From Takakia lepidozioides (lineage: Eukaryota; Plantae; Bryophyta), in contig CM060731.1 in the NCBI GenBank assembly GCA_030704615.1, forward strand, positions 18,662,001-18,726,000: a stretch of DNA of 64,000 nt, in the 5' to 3' direction. The translations under genes were made by a program, and so were the position numbers. Of the stretch, positions 37,083 through 49,659 are shown one piece after another; position 1 is the first letter of the stretch, and every line of letters begins with the position of its first letter. Below the pieces are notes generated by a model. That model made no database searches. It was given only the letters and a program-made list of their open reading frames with translations, and was not told where the DNA came from.

Positions 37083-38710
37083 TGGAAATTCGGCACCCAA
37101 TATCCAACAGAGGAAGCCCGGATGAAGTCGCCTCGGGCTCAGAGGCCGGCGCGTGTGCGACAGAGAACATCCCTGGATGGAGATTCGGCGCCGAATTTCC
37201 ATCCGGGCCCCCAAAGGGAGTCGTGTCGGGGGGTCAGGCCGAAAACTGGACGGCATAAAAACATCCCCAGATGGAAAAACGGCGCCGAATTTCCATCCGG
37301 GGCGGTTCGGATGCAGTCGGGGAGGGGGGAGTGGCCGGCACTTGGCCGTCACATTTCAACCCCCGGACGGAAATTCGGCACCGAATATTGAACAGGGGAC
37401 GCCCGGATGAAGTCGCCTCGGGCGTAGAGGTCGGCACGTGTTCGACAGAGAGCATCCCCTGGATGGAGATTCGGCGCCGAATTTCCATCCGGGCCCCCCC
37501 AAAGGAAGTCTTGTCGGGGGGTCAGACCGAAAACTGGCCGACATAAAAACCTCCCCACATGGGAAAACGGCGCCGAATTTCAATCCGGGGCCGTTCCAAT
37601 GCAGTCGGGGAGGGGGGAGAGGTCGGCACCTGGCCGTCATATTTCAACCCCCGGACGGAAATTCGGCACCGAATATCCAACAGAGCGGCGGAGAGGCGGC
37701 ACCTCTCCGACAGAGACCATCCCCCGGATGGAATTTCGGCGCCGAATTTCCATCCTACAGGTAAGCGGAATCCCGGATGGATGGAAATTCGGCGCCGAAT
37801 TTCCATCCTGCACGTAAGCGGAATCCCGGATGGATGGAAATTCGGCGCCGAATTTCCATCCTGCAAGTAAGCGGAATCCCGGATGGATGGAAATTCGGCG
37901 CCGAATTTCCATCCTGCAAATAAGCGGAATCCCGGATGGATGGAAATTCGGCGCCGAATTTCCATCCAGCAGGTAAGTGGAATCCCGGATGGAACGAAAT
38001 TCGGCGCCGAATTTCCATCCAGCAGGTAACTCGAATCCCGGATGAATGGAAATTCGGCGCCGAATTTCCATCCAGCAGGTAAGTGGAATCCCGGATGGAT
38101 GGAAATTCGGCGCCGAATTTCCATCCAGCAGGTAAGTCGGATCGCTGGCATATGGATATTCGGCGCCGAATTTCCATTCGCCATGAATTTCATCGCTCAT
38201 AATTACCTTCCTGCAGGTAATTCCCAGATGAGAATTACCTTCCTGCAGGTAATTCCTATCGATGCAGGTAGGAAGGTAATTCTGAACGGGGAATTACCTG
38301 CAGGAAGGTAATTCCTCGCGATGAAATACATGAAATACATGAAATTCGGTGCCGAATATCCATACGCCAGCGATCCGACTTACCTGCAGGATGGAAATTC
38401 GGCGCCGAATTTCCATTCATCCAGTATTCGAATTACATGCCGGATGGAAATTCGGCGCCGGATTTCCATCCGCGCGCTTCCGAATTACCTGCGTGAGGGA
38501 AATTTGGCGCGCCGCCCGACCTGCGCGGATGGAAATTCGGCGCCGGATTTCCATCCGCGCGCTTCCGAATTACCTGTGAGGGAAATTTGGCGCGCCGCCC
38601 GACCTGCGCGGATGGAAATTCGGCGCCGGATTTCCATCCGCGCGCTTCCGAATTACCTGCGTAAGGGAAATTTGGCGCGCCGCCCGACCTGCGCGGATGG
38701 AAATCCGGAG
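37083..38710. repeat. Intergenic array of the palindrome GGAAATTCGGCGCCGAATTTCC in element B (95-96 bp, 53 bp and 83-85 bp sub-arrays)
   Basis: Cores at 37092, 37187, 37281, 37377, 37473, 37569, 37665, then every 53 bp from 37738 to 38162, then 38348, 38401, 38454, 38539, 38622. Confidence 0.93.
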
Positions 38711-39594
38711 GGCTTCATCCGACATTTAATTGCGCAGTTGGGCAATAAATGTCGACCGCCGTCGGTTATCATTCGGGCTGGCGACGCATGGCTTCCTGGA
38801 CACGTACCCTAAATCTCATGCTAATCTTGGCTTAACATGCTATTCGAGGCATGTACCCCAAAAAAGGAGATCTTTTGGCTGGGACTTATGCCGCCTGAAG
38901 GGCGTGGCTCTCCTGAGAGAGACCTCACATCCAGACCGCGGCGGAAGTTGAAAGCTCTGTACTACGGACGACGGCCAATCTCTCGCATGGCCAAACTGAA
39001 GCTCCAGCAGGAGATTCCAGTGTCTTGCTCACAACCTGCGCCAACTGAAGCCGAGTACTCTCAGGCAAGCCACTTCTGCTTTCGGTTTGTTCGATTTATT
39101 TTTTGCTTTCGCTTTGTTACCTCGCTTTGTTTTTGCATCTTCATCCTGGTTTCGCTGTATGAGTGAACTTTAGATAGTTGAGTGAACCTTAGATTGTTTG
39201 CAATGCGTGTGCAAATCCGGCAGCTCTGGAGAAGGCTGCTTGTGCATGTCATTCTCAGGCAATGGTTGCATTTGTTTTCATTGTTGTTGCATGGCTCTCC
39301 ATACTTCCTAAACTTGTTATGTTTTCATTTTTGCTACACGATTGTTGCTATGGTGGTTGCGCTGCTCGTTGCGATGCTGCTTTTTGCACAGATGTTGGTT
39401 TTCACGATTTTTGTCAATGACAGAGTGACGACGAGCCCGACACGCTGGTGGTATCATCGACAGCTCCAACTCATCGCATGTTTGAATCGCCCAACTTGGG
39501 GCGAGAGGCCAAACTTAAGCCTTTTGTTGGTGGACGGGAGGACTTGCAACGACAGTACGACAGAGTAGGCATTGGGGAGGTTGGTGCAGGCGGC

Positions 39595-42500
39595 ATGGCA
39601 GGTGAAGGGCGTGAGGACATGAGGACAGCAGATCCGGCAATGGAGGTTGTTCATGCACATGCAGTAGGGCCCGCCCACGCAAAGAAAAAGAAGAAAGCTA
39701 AGCACATGCAATCCCCGGCGAGAGAGCAGTCACGGGCTGCGGAGGGGGGAGTGAGCAGTGCGCGCGAGGGTGTCAGTTCGCCTCAATCAAAGGTGGTCGT
39801 CCTGGAGGGCTCCCCTGCTGCTAGCCCTAGTAAGAAACAGAAAGCCCGTGAGAGGGCAAAAGAGAGGGCAAAAGAACAGACGAGACAGAATGCTAGCCAG
39901 GAGGAAAGAGAAAAGGTAGCTGAAGAGGCCAGGGGTGCCCAAATGACAGATGCCAATGTAAGCGAGGGACGCACAGAGACGGTGGATCCTCCAAGACACC
40001 ACAGAGAGGCAGTAACACACCGGTTAGACCATCGCGGGCAAGAGCAGCCCCCGCAATTACCCATACGGTGGAGAGTGGAGGAGAGGAAAGAACACCTGAA
40101 AGAGCACGGATTGTGCAAGTTCAGGTGAAGCCAGGGAGAGGGCAGTAGAGACGGGGAGAGTGCTGGAGGTGGTTTCGCAGGTGGCTGACCCTGTTGAGGA
40201 GGATGACAGGGAGCTTTCTGACCAGGATGACATCCTCCCGGACATCCCCAGGCCCCAAACCCGGAGCATACAGGCTGGATTTGGCGGTCCTGGTGGGCTG
40301 CCGGAAAACCCCTCTGCAGCAGACGTCATGTCTGAGGCGGATATGAAGTTGGCCGCTGCCAAGATGTTGGAGGCAACCCACAGCAACATTGGCAGGGTGC
40401 TGGGGGGCATGGTGTACCCGGCCAAGCTTCGAATTCCCCTTTGCCGCTTGGTGTCATTGCAGGTGGTGAGACCTGCCCTCCCAGGCGATATCGACAAGCT
40501 GAAATTCTCTTTCCGGGATGGATATCGAATGGGGTCTGCCGCCTTTTACGTTTCCATTGAGAACGACCACGGAGCTTCTCGTGCCCACACTTCCGATGAG
40601 GTGGACAAATGGGGTCCCCATTGGCAAACGCGAAATGAGGAGTTCGAGAGATCGATTGCTAGTGATCCTCTTTTCCAGCACTTGTCCGGTAAGATGTTCT
40701 ACGTGTGGGACGGCAATCATCGCCTCCTGGCATGGATGGAGCACATTGCCCAAGCCCACCCCAACGACCTCGATTGGCATTTCGCCGTGGATTGTGTTGT
40801 GCTGAAGGTTGCGGGGCCCAAAGATCGCAGTCTTCTCAAAGCTGCAATGGCCGACATCAACTCGTAAGCTACAACCCCTCTCGCTTTTGGACTTTGAATT
40901 TGGAAGTCATTTCATTGCGAATCCTCATATATGATGAAAATTCCCATTTCAGTATTGTTTGATGGAAATGTGGCACTGCAGGGTGACTGAGAATGCCTTC
41001 ATTGCCACCAACTTGTCCCATATGCTCTTCCGAGTGAAGGATGTCGGGAAGCAGGGGGTGCAAGAGTTTGCCAATTCCCTCAGTGCCGACCTCCTGCGCA
41101 AGTCGGAGGCAAAGGCAGACAGAACCTGGTATAGGCTGAGCGTCGACGCCATGGTGGACTACATATTTCGGGTAAAGCTCCTGACAGTTTTGTTGAGCTA
41201 ATCTGTCTCTCCTCCCCCAATAGAAGAAATTGTGTTGAGCAGGATCTCTAATCTTATGTGCGCATTCTTGACAGACGAAAATACAGCAGGATTTGGCACA
41301 TGCGCGGAGGTTCTACATGGAGTCAGAGGAGAAGAATCCAACCCTCCCGGAACTCGAATCGTATGTCAAAGCTGCGGAGGTGAGGGCCCGCATAAAGTAC
41401 AAGTCGCGGATGGTAAAGTACGTGGCCATAGCTGATCCGCCCTTGGTGCCGACTTTCTAGTGGAGGTGGGGAAGCACTACTCTCGCGCTCTGAAGCCCAC
41501 GATGACATTGGAGAAGCTCCATCGTCTAGCCACATCCTGTGTGGATGCAACAGAAAAGGTGATACATTCTTAACAAAATTGTGGTGGCAACAACTCCTTT
41601 TGTGGTGTTTGGCGCTTACGAATATGCTGGGTGGTTGGACAGACCCGATGGCTCCAAATCTGGAATGGTTCCCAAAGTACCAGGGACAAGTGGAGCTTCC
41701 CCAAACCGGACAAACTCTCTGACCCCACATTCGACATGTGGATGAACCGCATGACATGGTGGTTTCAGGTACTTCCCCACGCTTCGTTTGGGGCTTCTAC
41801 TCTAGTAGGGGGTGGATTCATTGTATTTTTGAGGAAAGCGATCTGATGGACAATCTCCACAGGTGACGACGAATGCACAAGAGCAGCTGGACACACAAGC
41901 ACATCAGTTCAAGATGGAGATATCTCCTGCAGCAGAGAGCCTACGTGACTATGTGACGAGGTACTTTCTGCTCTACAAAACCAACCTATTTTTTCGGGAG
42001 ATAGCAGATGCTCGCCGGAGCCACGAGTTCACCGACCAGCCGAACGCGGACAAAGCAGCAATGCGCCTTCTGTACACGTACATACGCGCTGCCTTTCTTT
42101 CAAGTCCTGGCATTTCAGGATGTTAGAGGCCTCAAGTGGTGTTAGGGAAAATGGCGCCGAATTTCCAGTCAGGGCTCCGAAAATGGCTAAGTCCCTAGAC
42201 TGGCTGGCCCGGAACTGGAAATTCGGCGCCGTTTTCCAGTTCTAGGCCCTATTGCCGTCCAGGGACTTAGCCATTTTCGGGCTAAGTCCCTAGACTGGCT
42301 GGCCCTGAACTGGAAATTCGGCGCCATTTTCCAGTTCCAGGCCCTATTGCCGTTCAGGGACTTAGCCATTTTCGGGCTAAGTCCCTAGACTGGCTGGCCC
42401 TGAAGTGGGAATTCGGCGCCATTTTCCAGTTGTAGGCCCTATTGCCGTGCAGGGACTTAGCCATTTTCGGGCTAAGTCCTTAGGGTGGCTGGCTCGGAAC

Positions 42501-45318
42501 TGGAAATTCGGCGCGGTTTTCCAGTTCTAGGCCCTATTGCCGTCCAGGGACTTAGCCATTTTCGGGCTAAGTCCCTAGGGTGGCTGGCCCGGAACTGGAA
42601 ATTCGGCGCCGTTTTCCAGTTCTAGGCCCTATTGCCGTCCAGGGACTTAGCCATTTTCGTGCTAAGTCCCTAGGGTGGCTGGCCCGGAACTGGAAATTCG
42701 GCGCCGTTTTCCAGTTCTAGGCCCTATTGCCGTTCAGGGACTTAGCCATTTTCGGGCTAAGTCCCTAGGGTGGCTGGCCTGAACTGGAAATTCGGCGCCG
42801 TTTTCCAGTTCTAGGCCTATTGCCGTTCAGGGACTTAGCCATTTTCGGGCTAAGTCCCTAGACTGGCTGGCCCTGAACTGGAAATTCGGCGCCGTTTTCC
42901 AGTTGTAGGCCCTATTGCCGTTCAGGGACTTAGCCATTTTCGGACCTCATTGTGTTTTTCATGAATGCAGGTACTGTAAGTTCTCCCTTTTGGAGAAAGG
43001 TCATCTGTCTTTCGAGCCACCATTCTTCCTGGCATGGAGGAACCCTGGGGCTGACTCCATGTACATTGACGATATTGTGAAGGAGTGGCATTGGAACATT
43101 TGCGTGATTGCCCTTGGTATGTGGACCTTCCGCCCGGCTCGCTCGACCCATCCGAGTTTCAATTGAAGCTGGATGCTGAATTCCGACGAAACCGGGCTCC
43201 GCTGCCTCCATTGGGTGCAAAAGAGGCAAAAGCGCTTGCGAACTCCAGGAAAGCGGCAGAGCTTGCTCAGGCAGGAATTCAGGAGAAATTGCATGAGAAG
43301 AGTAAAGGTCAAAGGAAAAGGACAAGGAAACAGGTGACTGCAGTAACACCCAAAAAAGAAGAAAACCATCGGGGCATCGGAGGAGGCGCAGGAGGGGACC
43401 CAAGAGAGTGACTCGGACGACGACTTCGTTCAAGGTCCTTCGACTGCTGTTGCTCCTACCCAGTCACCGGTCGTCCGGGTTCCCAAGTCAGTTCGGAGTG
43501 GGACTGGCTCTGCCAAGAAGTTGGCATTTGAGGGCGAGCCTACACGCTGGTATTCGGCGGTGACGTTTACGCACAGGCCAAAGCTAGAACCTCCAACCAT
43601 CATCCAATGCGTCAATGAGAGCTTCCTTGACGCTCTCGTTGCCAGGGCGAAGAAGGTGGCACACAACAAGTCTCTGGCGGAGCAGAAGGGGAAAGCCAAG
43701 AAGAGGGCTGGCGGTACAAGCCTAAAGACACCCCTGGTTTTGAAGCCATGATGGAATTCTTCACGGCTGTGAGCACGAATTGCAAGAGCACTCGGGGGGG
43801 ATTGAGGTGGAGAGAGCTTGCGACATGATTCTCCTCGACATTCCAGATGGGGAGCTGCTGGAGGGCCTGGATGGTGTGCCCACCTGGAACAGGTTTACTG
43901 AGGACTACTGGAAAGCCGGGTTTGGGCTGGCGGGGATGCTTCTGGATGACGGTGGATGTGTGGTTGTCATTGCCACGAGAGGGAAGACCACAGAGAATGC
44001 GGTGGCAAGGTGGACACCGAAAAGTGTCACCCCGGTCCTCCTCAGAAAATGGTTTTGCATCAGTACGCAGGGGTTGCGAACAGAGGGCCAAAGTGTAAGT
44101 TATCAATCTTTTGCATTCACTTCATATTGTGGTGTATGTTAAGTAGACCCTGGAGTTGATCCCTTCTTTGTTGGATGTGCAGACATTGGTGTTTGAGGCA
44201 TATTGCTTTGTGAAGAGAGGGTCTACGTTCAAATTCCGCAATGACGGTCGTCTTGTTGATGCCGCTGTGGACCCTGTAACCTACGATGTCCTCTACAACT
44301 ATGTGCCCCACTCCAGTATGCCGAAGGACACAAAGACAGGCAAACCGTGGCGGTACAGCCGGACCCGGAGCCCTGCTTTCATCCAAACCCTCATGGAGAC
44401 GTGCTCGGATGTCCAAGGGCGGATTCTGGACCTCACATGCGGCACGGGTAAGCCTTCACGTGCTCAGTTTGTCCCCTGGCCCGACTGCAATTGCATGCCG
44501 CAAGCTATTAACCGCCCGCTTTGTTCCTCAGGTGCTTCAATGTGGGCAGGGACGTTGTCCGACAGGCATGTGTTCGCCTTCGAGCCAGATACTGCCCTCC
44601 ACAACTCGGAACTTGCAGCGGCTGAACGTCTGCCGAAAGAGGAAGAGGCATCCTCGGAGGATGAGGAAAAATCCGAGAAGGAGCAGGGGGAGGAAGTTGG
44701 GATCGAGGCCGAGGAGCCCCCGGTTTACGAGTGAGTGGTGGCATTGTAAGTTGCCTCCAGATTTCGTGAGGCACCTCCCTCCGCTCTCTTATTTCATTGA
44801 AAACCCTTTCTGGTTGTGCTGGTATTGACATTCTTGAAGTGGATTTGTTCTTACTGTAGGATGCCAAGTACTGCCGGAGGGACGTCTACACCGGAGTTCA
44901 TGGGCAGGAGGAACGTGCCTTTTTTTGCCAGGGGGGATTTCATGCCTAGTCCAGAAAGGGAGTACATACTTCCTACTTATGCTGCCCGGCTTGCTTCGGT
45001 GTCCATTAGGAGGTGTTCCGAACGTAGTCGTGTACAACAATTTTAGACGAGGCAAGCCTCAAGAAAATGAAGATGAGGGAGGAGGCAGCAGCTATTAGAG
45101 CCCGTCGGGCTCGTAGATTTGTCTTGGATTCTGCTGAGGAAAGTGGGGGAGAAGACGCAGAAGATTCCCAGGAGGTGAGGTGGACAGTCCCCCAAGGAGA
45201 GGACGGGATTTTTGAGAGGCATAGTGGAACTGATGCATCACAGAGCTCGGAGGATGAGGGGGATGAGGGGGATGAGGAAGAAGGTGGGGCAAGTTCCTCG
45301 GAGGGTGTAGGAGAGTAG
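39595..45318 (+). pseudogene. ParB-MTase-like fusion gene of element B; same exon structure as A, several frameshifts, start uncertain
   Basis: FYVWDGNHRLLAW, DMILLDIPDG, RTRSPAFIQTLMETCSDVQGRILDLTCGTG, RHVFAFE, PFFAR and RWTVPQGEDGIFE are all shared with A. Confidence 0.78.
42145..42945. repeat. 95-bp tandem repeat (~8 units) inside intron 5 of the element-B fusion gene; each unit carries the palindrome
   Basis: Cores at 42225, 42320, 42415, 42510, 42605, 42700, 42794, 42888. Confidence 0.93.
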
Positions 45319-46392
45319 TGCCCATTCCGGCTATGACAGTTAGAACACACTTGTATAGACGTGGCTTGCCACAAAATTTGCAATAAAATGTTGCATTTCA
45401 AGTCCACTGGTGCCACATTCCAACTTCACATGACCCTATTTCCGTGCCTCCTAACCCTATTTCCGTGGACTCACAATGGTCTGCTCATGCTTTTTTTTTT
45501 TCCACTCATGCTCATGCCGCTCATGAAATAGCAGCCCCCCTGAAGGAGCAGGGATAGAGTGTGGGTCCAGATCATCCAAGAAAGCCGGATTTCAAGCTCC
45601 AGATTACCGATGATTCCCTGTGGAAGGATACAAGAAACCTGCATGGGTAGATGGTCATGGGTAGATGGTAGATAGTTTGGAGTGACTTTGATATGATACT
45701 GCCAAAGTGACAATAAAAAAGTATCCATAAACAGGTAACAGTAGCAGATGCAATTCAACACAGGCACTAAGACAAACTCTCCTTCCCCGTAAGGGTGTGT
45801 TTTGGTATCTGAGCGAATAAATATTTTATCTAAGAATATAATTTCAAAAATTCGTTATTTAATAATGTGCCACTGTCCCATGTTGGTCAGTAATAATAAT
45901 AATTAATAACAAATAATTATAATAATTATAAATAATTATTTTAGTAATTATAATAACAATAAAGTAAATCTACAACCCCCAACAGCGACGCGTGTCAATT
46001 GACATGAGGAACCACGTGTCAAAATCACAATGCGACACATGCTGACGTCTGATTCTCTCCTCTGCAGTCGGATGGCGTCGCAGTCTGACACGTGGCGTGT
46101 TCTGTAGAGAGCACGTGTGTCTATTACACAGCGGTTGACATAGACCCATTCAGTCATTCAGTAATGCCAGCGTGTATGACTACCCCCACAGCTGCTCTGG
46201 CGCCACGTGACAGCCAGCCTGGAGAGTCATATCTGCCATGTCACAACTGACTAGGTCTTTTCGTCTGCAGAGTCAAGAAGTCGTAAATGGCTTCCATGAC
46301 TGCATTTGCAGTCATAACACAGAGACGTAAAAGCCGCAATTTGTTGTAGTGAAGACTGGCACAGGCATCAGAATACACATGAGGTTCACATG

Positions 46393-48513
46393 CGGGTTGG
46401 GATGTCCTGGTTGTAGTCTCAACCTCAGCTGTTGGGTCTACTTCTTCATACTCTTCCTCTTCCAATTTCTTCTCTCTATTTTCATCCTCCAAGTTCTGCC
46501 CTTGGGTTTCTTCTTCACTCATGTAACTCAACTGCAATGGTGTTGGAGAGTCTGAACTCTCCGTTGGCTCTGCCACATCCTCTCCTCCTTCTTCACCCTC
46601 CGCTTCAGAAACTGGAGTTCCTGCTTTTGGTGTTCCATGCCAACTCTTATCAAAGATTTCTGTCAAATCTTTTATCCAGGGATGTACCTCAGATCTTTCA
46701 CCTCGTGATTGATCTTCTTCCCGTACCAATTCCCTTAATCTTTCTTGCAAAGAAAAAGAAGGAGTGGCATCCAACTCTAGTTCTTCCGGTATGGGTGATG
46801 TACTCTCTGATCTTAATGGTGTGAGAGGTCCAGAGGATTCCCCTATGTCTATTCCTCTCTCCCAAAGATATGGATAATTAGCTTTCAAATAGCTTTCTCT
46901 TTTTGCTGAATATCTCTGGAGTCTAGCTTCTCTTTCATCACTCATGTCCCATGTCTTTCATTTCTTTTAATGTGGCAATAACCAAAACTCTCTTCTGTAA
47001 TATCTCTCGTATATGCCTGGGTTTCTTTCAAGCTTCAATGCACCCTTGGCTATACTAGAAGTCTCCGTTACCATATAACCATATGGCAAACAAGTCTGGA
47101 AAGCTGTTCTTGGTGTGAGTTTGATCCACAAAATATCCTTTGGAATCCAATTCTTTACCAGTACAAGCTCTTCATGCATATAAGTATTAACATTCACCTT
47201 CCTTTCCTCCCAACCTTCAAACTCTACTCGCTTAATGGATAGCAATGCTATCACATAAACCAGTGTTGGTAACCAACGTGCTCTTCCTCTACAGGCCACC
47301 TGATAAATGTTTATCACTCCTTTCTCCAGACCCCATTCAGGGTCAGCATCATGCACTCTTTTAAGAATGTTTTCTTTACAACCGTCTGGCAATTCCAAGA
47401 ACCTCTGAAAGAATCGTTTGGACAAACTTTCCTTCTCAGTTTCACAGGGAATTTGATTCACATCAAATTCTTTAATTCTCCATCCACCATGATCCCACTA
47501 GATGCCTGTCACATCTGGTTGTTCATGACCCAAGTTCCCCAGTATGGTCGCCAAATGTCGAGCAGCTTTTACTCACCCATCCCTTCGCTATCCGAGGTGG
47601 GAACTCCAAGATAGAAGAGTTGGAAATCTCTAAGCACTCAGCCTGCTCAGAACAATCAGTCATGACCTACAACTAGTGTATCATGGGGGTGTTTCTTATT
47701 TGTACTCCTTCCCACATTCATGTTAGCGAGTTACCTTACTATCTGCAATTAAGTATCAGTTTGCTTCAGAAATCTATCAAGTTCCGTCCATTCATTCCAC
47801 AGCTTCACTCAGGTCTCTCTACACAGTGTGAGTATGAAGTATGTATCAGATTAATATCTATCAAGTATCAGGCTGAAGCCATGGTGTCTCTACTCTACTC
47901 TACATTACAATTCTACAGCTTGCATTCATGAAGTAACAACAGATCGTCACTTCTCCTACTCCGTGCTCTTCATCATTTTCCTCAGAAATGTGCTCTCCCC
48001 TCTATTTCCAAGCCCTGATGCCCGAAGTCCCCCACCAAGAAGTGATCCCTAGACGTCCCCGCTCTTCGCTTTTTCTACCTCCAAGCTGTTCTAACCGCTT
48101 TCCTAACTAACCGTCATCCCTTTAGTACACGTTCTTTTTTCAGATGTCGTTCCCCCACCGTCGTTCCCTGCCAATGATAACTGTTCCCTAGCTGTGCCGA
48201 GTTGTGACTGGCTGTGTCGGGCTGTGTAGGGCTGTGCGAAGCTGTGGCGGCTGTATCGGGCTATGACTGGCTGTGTTGGGCTGTGTCGACTGTGCGAAGC
48301 TGTGTCGGCTGTGTCGGACTGTGACGGACTGTGTTGGCTGTGCGAAGCTGTGACGGCTGTGTCGGGCTGTGATGGACTGTGTCGGGCTGTGTATCTCCCC
48401 CCTAAAGCCTGTTGTTGTCACCCCTAAGGCTTCTGTTGGTCTCAGTCTGTGTAAAAATTAAGGGTACCCCACAGATCCTGTAAAAGCGTCTAAGTCCCAA
48501 ACAGCCCTCTAAC
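46393..48513 (-). mobile_element. 5' fragment of family-1 gypsy: 5' LTR (48513-47556), PBS (47553-47536), extra 5' ORF and truncated gag
   Basis: LTR matches 10572-11664. PBS TGGCGACCATACTGGGGA is tRNA-Arg-like. gag start MSDEREARL at 46945 leads into sequence matching window positions 1-492. Confidence 0.9.
46967..47461 (-). CDS. Extra ORF between PBS and gag (164 aa, unknown function)
   Basis: Intact ORF that ends ~20 bp upstream of the gag ATG. Confidence 0.55.
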   Translation of the reverse strand: MNQIPCETEKESLSKRFFQRFLELPDGCKENILKRVHDADPEWGLEKGVINIYQVACRGRARWLPTLVYVIALLSIKRVEFEGWEERKVNVNTYMHEELVLVKNWIPKDILWIKLTPRTAFQTCLPYGYMVTETSSIAKGALKLERNPGIYERYYRREFWLLPH

Positions 48514-49638
48514 TGAGTGGATGGTGATCTCTCTCCTTTTGTTCTAGTTTTTGGCTCTGAAATAAAGACTGAGTTCATTGTGATGAAGTGTGGGGGGCAT
48601 GAGAATCATTTTAGATTTGAAGTAAGAATGTACCAACTAACATTGAGGCGATGGTCATGTTTAGCTAGCATCAGAATGGGTGATAATGATCGTTGAACAT
48701 AGGATCTAGCAGGTGAGTTGTATTCACGTAGAATGAAGCTTGAGCGATTCCGCTAACATGCCAGGAAGATTAGAAATAGAGGTTGATCACGGGAAGTAGA
48801 GGGCAAGTCGTCCACCAGATTGCCTGCATAACCATGTAAGATCGAGCTGTTAGCATTGAAGTAAAGCATGATCGCACCTGAAGTATGAAGTAAGCAGCTC
48901 TGCAGTGTCATATGCAAGCGGTGCACGATACCAAATACAAAGGCAGAAGAAAATGAAGAGGAGGATCAAAAGAATGCGACCATCTACCTGGGATGATAGT
49001 TAAGAAAGACAGTTAGCATGTTACTTCAAAACAAGAAGTCAAATAATCCATTTAGACCAGGCTTTCTCTTTCGCTGCAGTCTGGGATAAATGGAGTACTA
49101 ATGGATTGCACTGGTATAGGCTTAGGACCTCTATTTTTACTTACACATCAGCCTGTGCTTAGGGCAAGAAAACAAGAGAGAAAGTGAGGGAGGAGGCGGT
49201 GCTTACCGTGGGCGTTGGAGCGGCGTTGGGGCAAACTCCTTGGGGCCTTGCGATCATCTCGGGCTCAGCAGTAGGTGTGTTTCTCCTCCACCCTAAACCC
49301 CACTCTCTGAACTACCTCTCTCCCAAAGAACAAACGAAAACGGGAGGGGAAAGAGATGCTTCAAGCACTTAGGGAAAAAAAAGGGCTCGGGGCCTACGTG
49401 CGACACCCGGCCATCGCACACCTGCGCCCCGCCCTTTTTTTGAAATGTAAAAATGATATTTGCGACGGCCGGCCGTCGTTGCTTGCAACCCCCCGGCCCC
49501 ATAAATAAATAAAAACACGTCGCCCCCTGCGACGACTTTCCGTCGCGGGGTGCGACCCCCAGGTAAAAAATTGAAAAAAAACTCGTCGTCAAATGCGACG
49601 CGAGGGTGTCGCAAGAGGTGACGGCCGGCCTTTATGGG

Positions 49639-49659
49639 TTTAGGGTTTAGGGTTTAGGG
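49639..49659 (+). repeat. Interstitial plant-telomere-like (TTTAGGG)3; degenerate copy at ~54100-54119
   Basis: Direct reading; lies in a segment duplicated at ~49590-49740 and ~54055-54195. Confidence 0.7.

Larger units (their letters stand above)
32499..45539. mobile_element. Mutator-like DNA transposon B (13.0 kb), diverged relative of A
   Basis: 9-bp TSD CTGAAGGAG (32490-32498 and 45540-45548). TIRs GAGGTTTCCTATTTCATGAGC / GGGGGCTGCTATTTCATGAGC. Same two-gene divergent layout as A. Confidence 0.95.

Noticed and set aside
37522-38812. ORFs with repeating MEIRRRIS / WKFGAEF / NSAPNF peptides (also 21173-21961 and 10632-11045)
   Set aside because: Translations of stop-poor tandem repeats in all frames; no evidence of coding.
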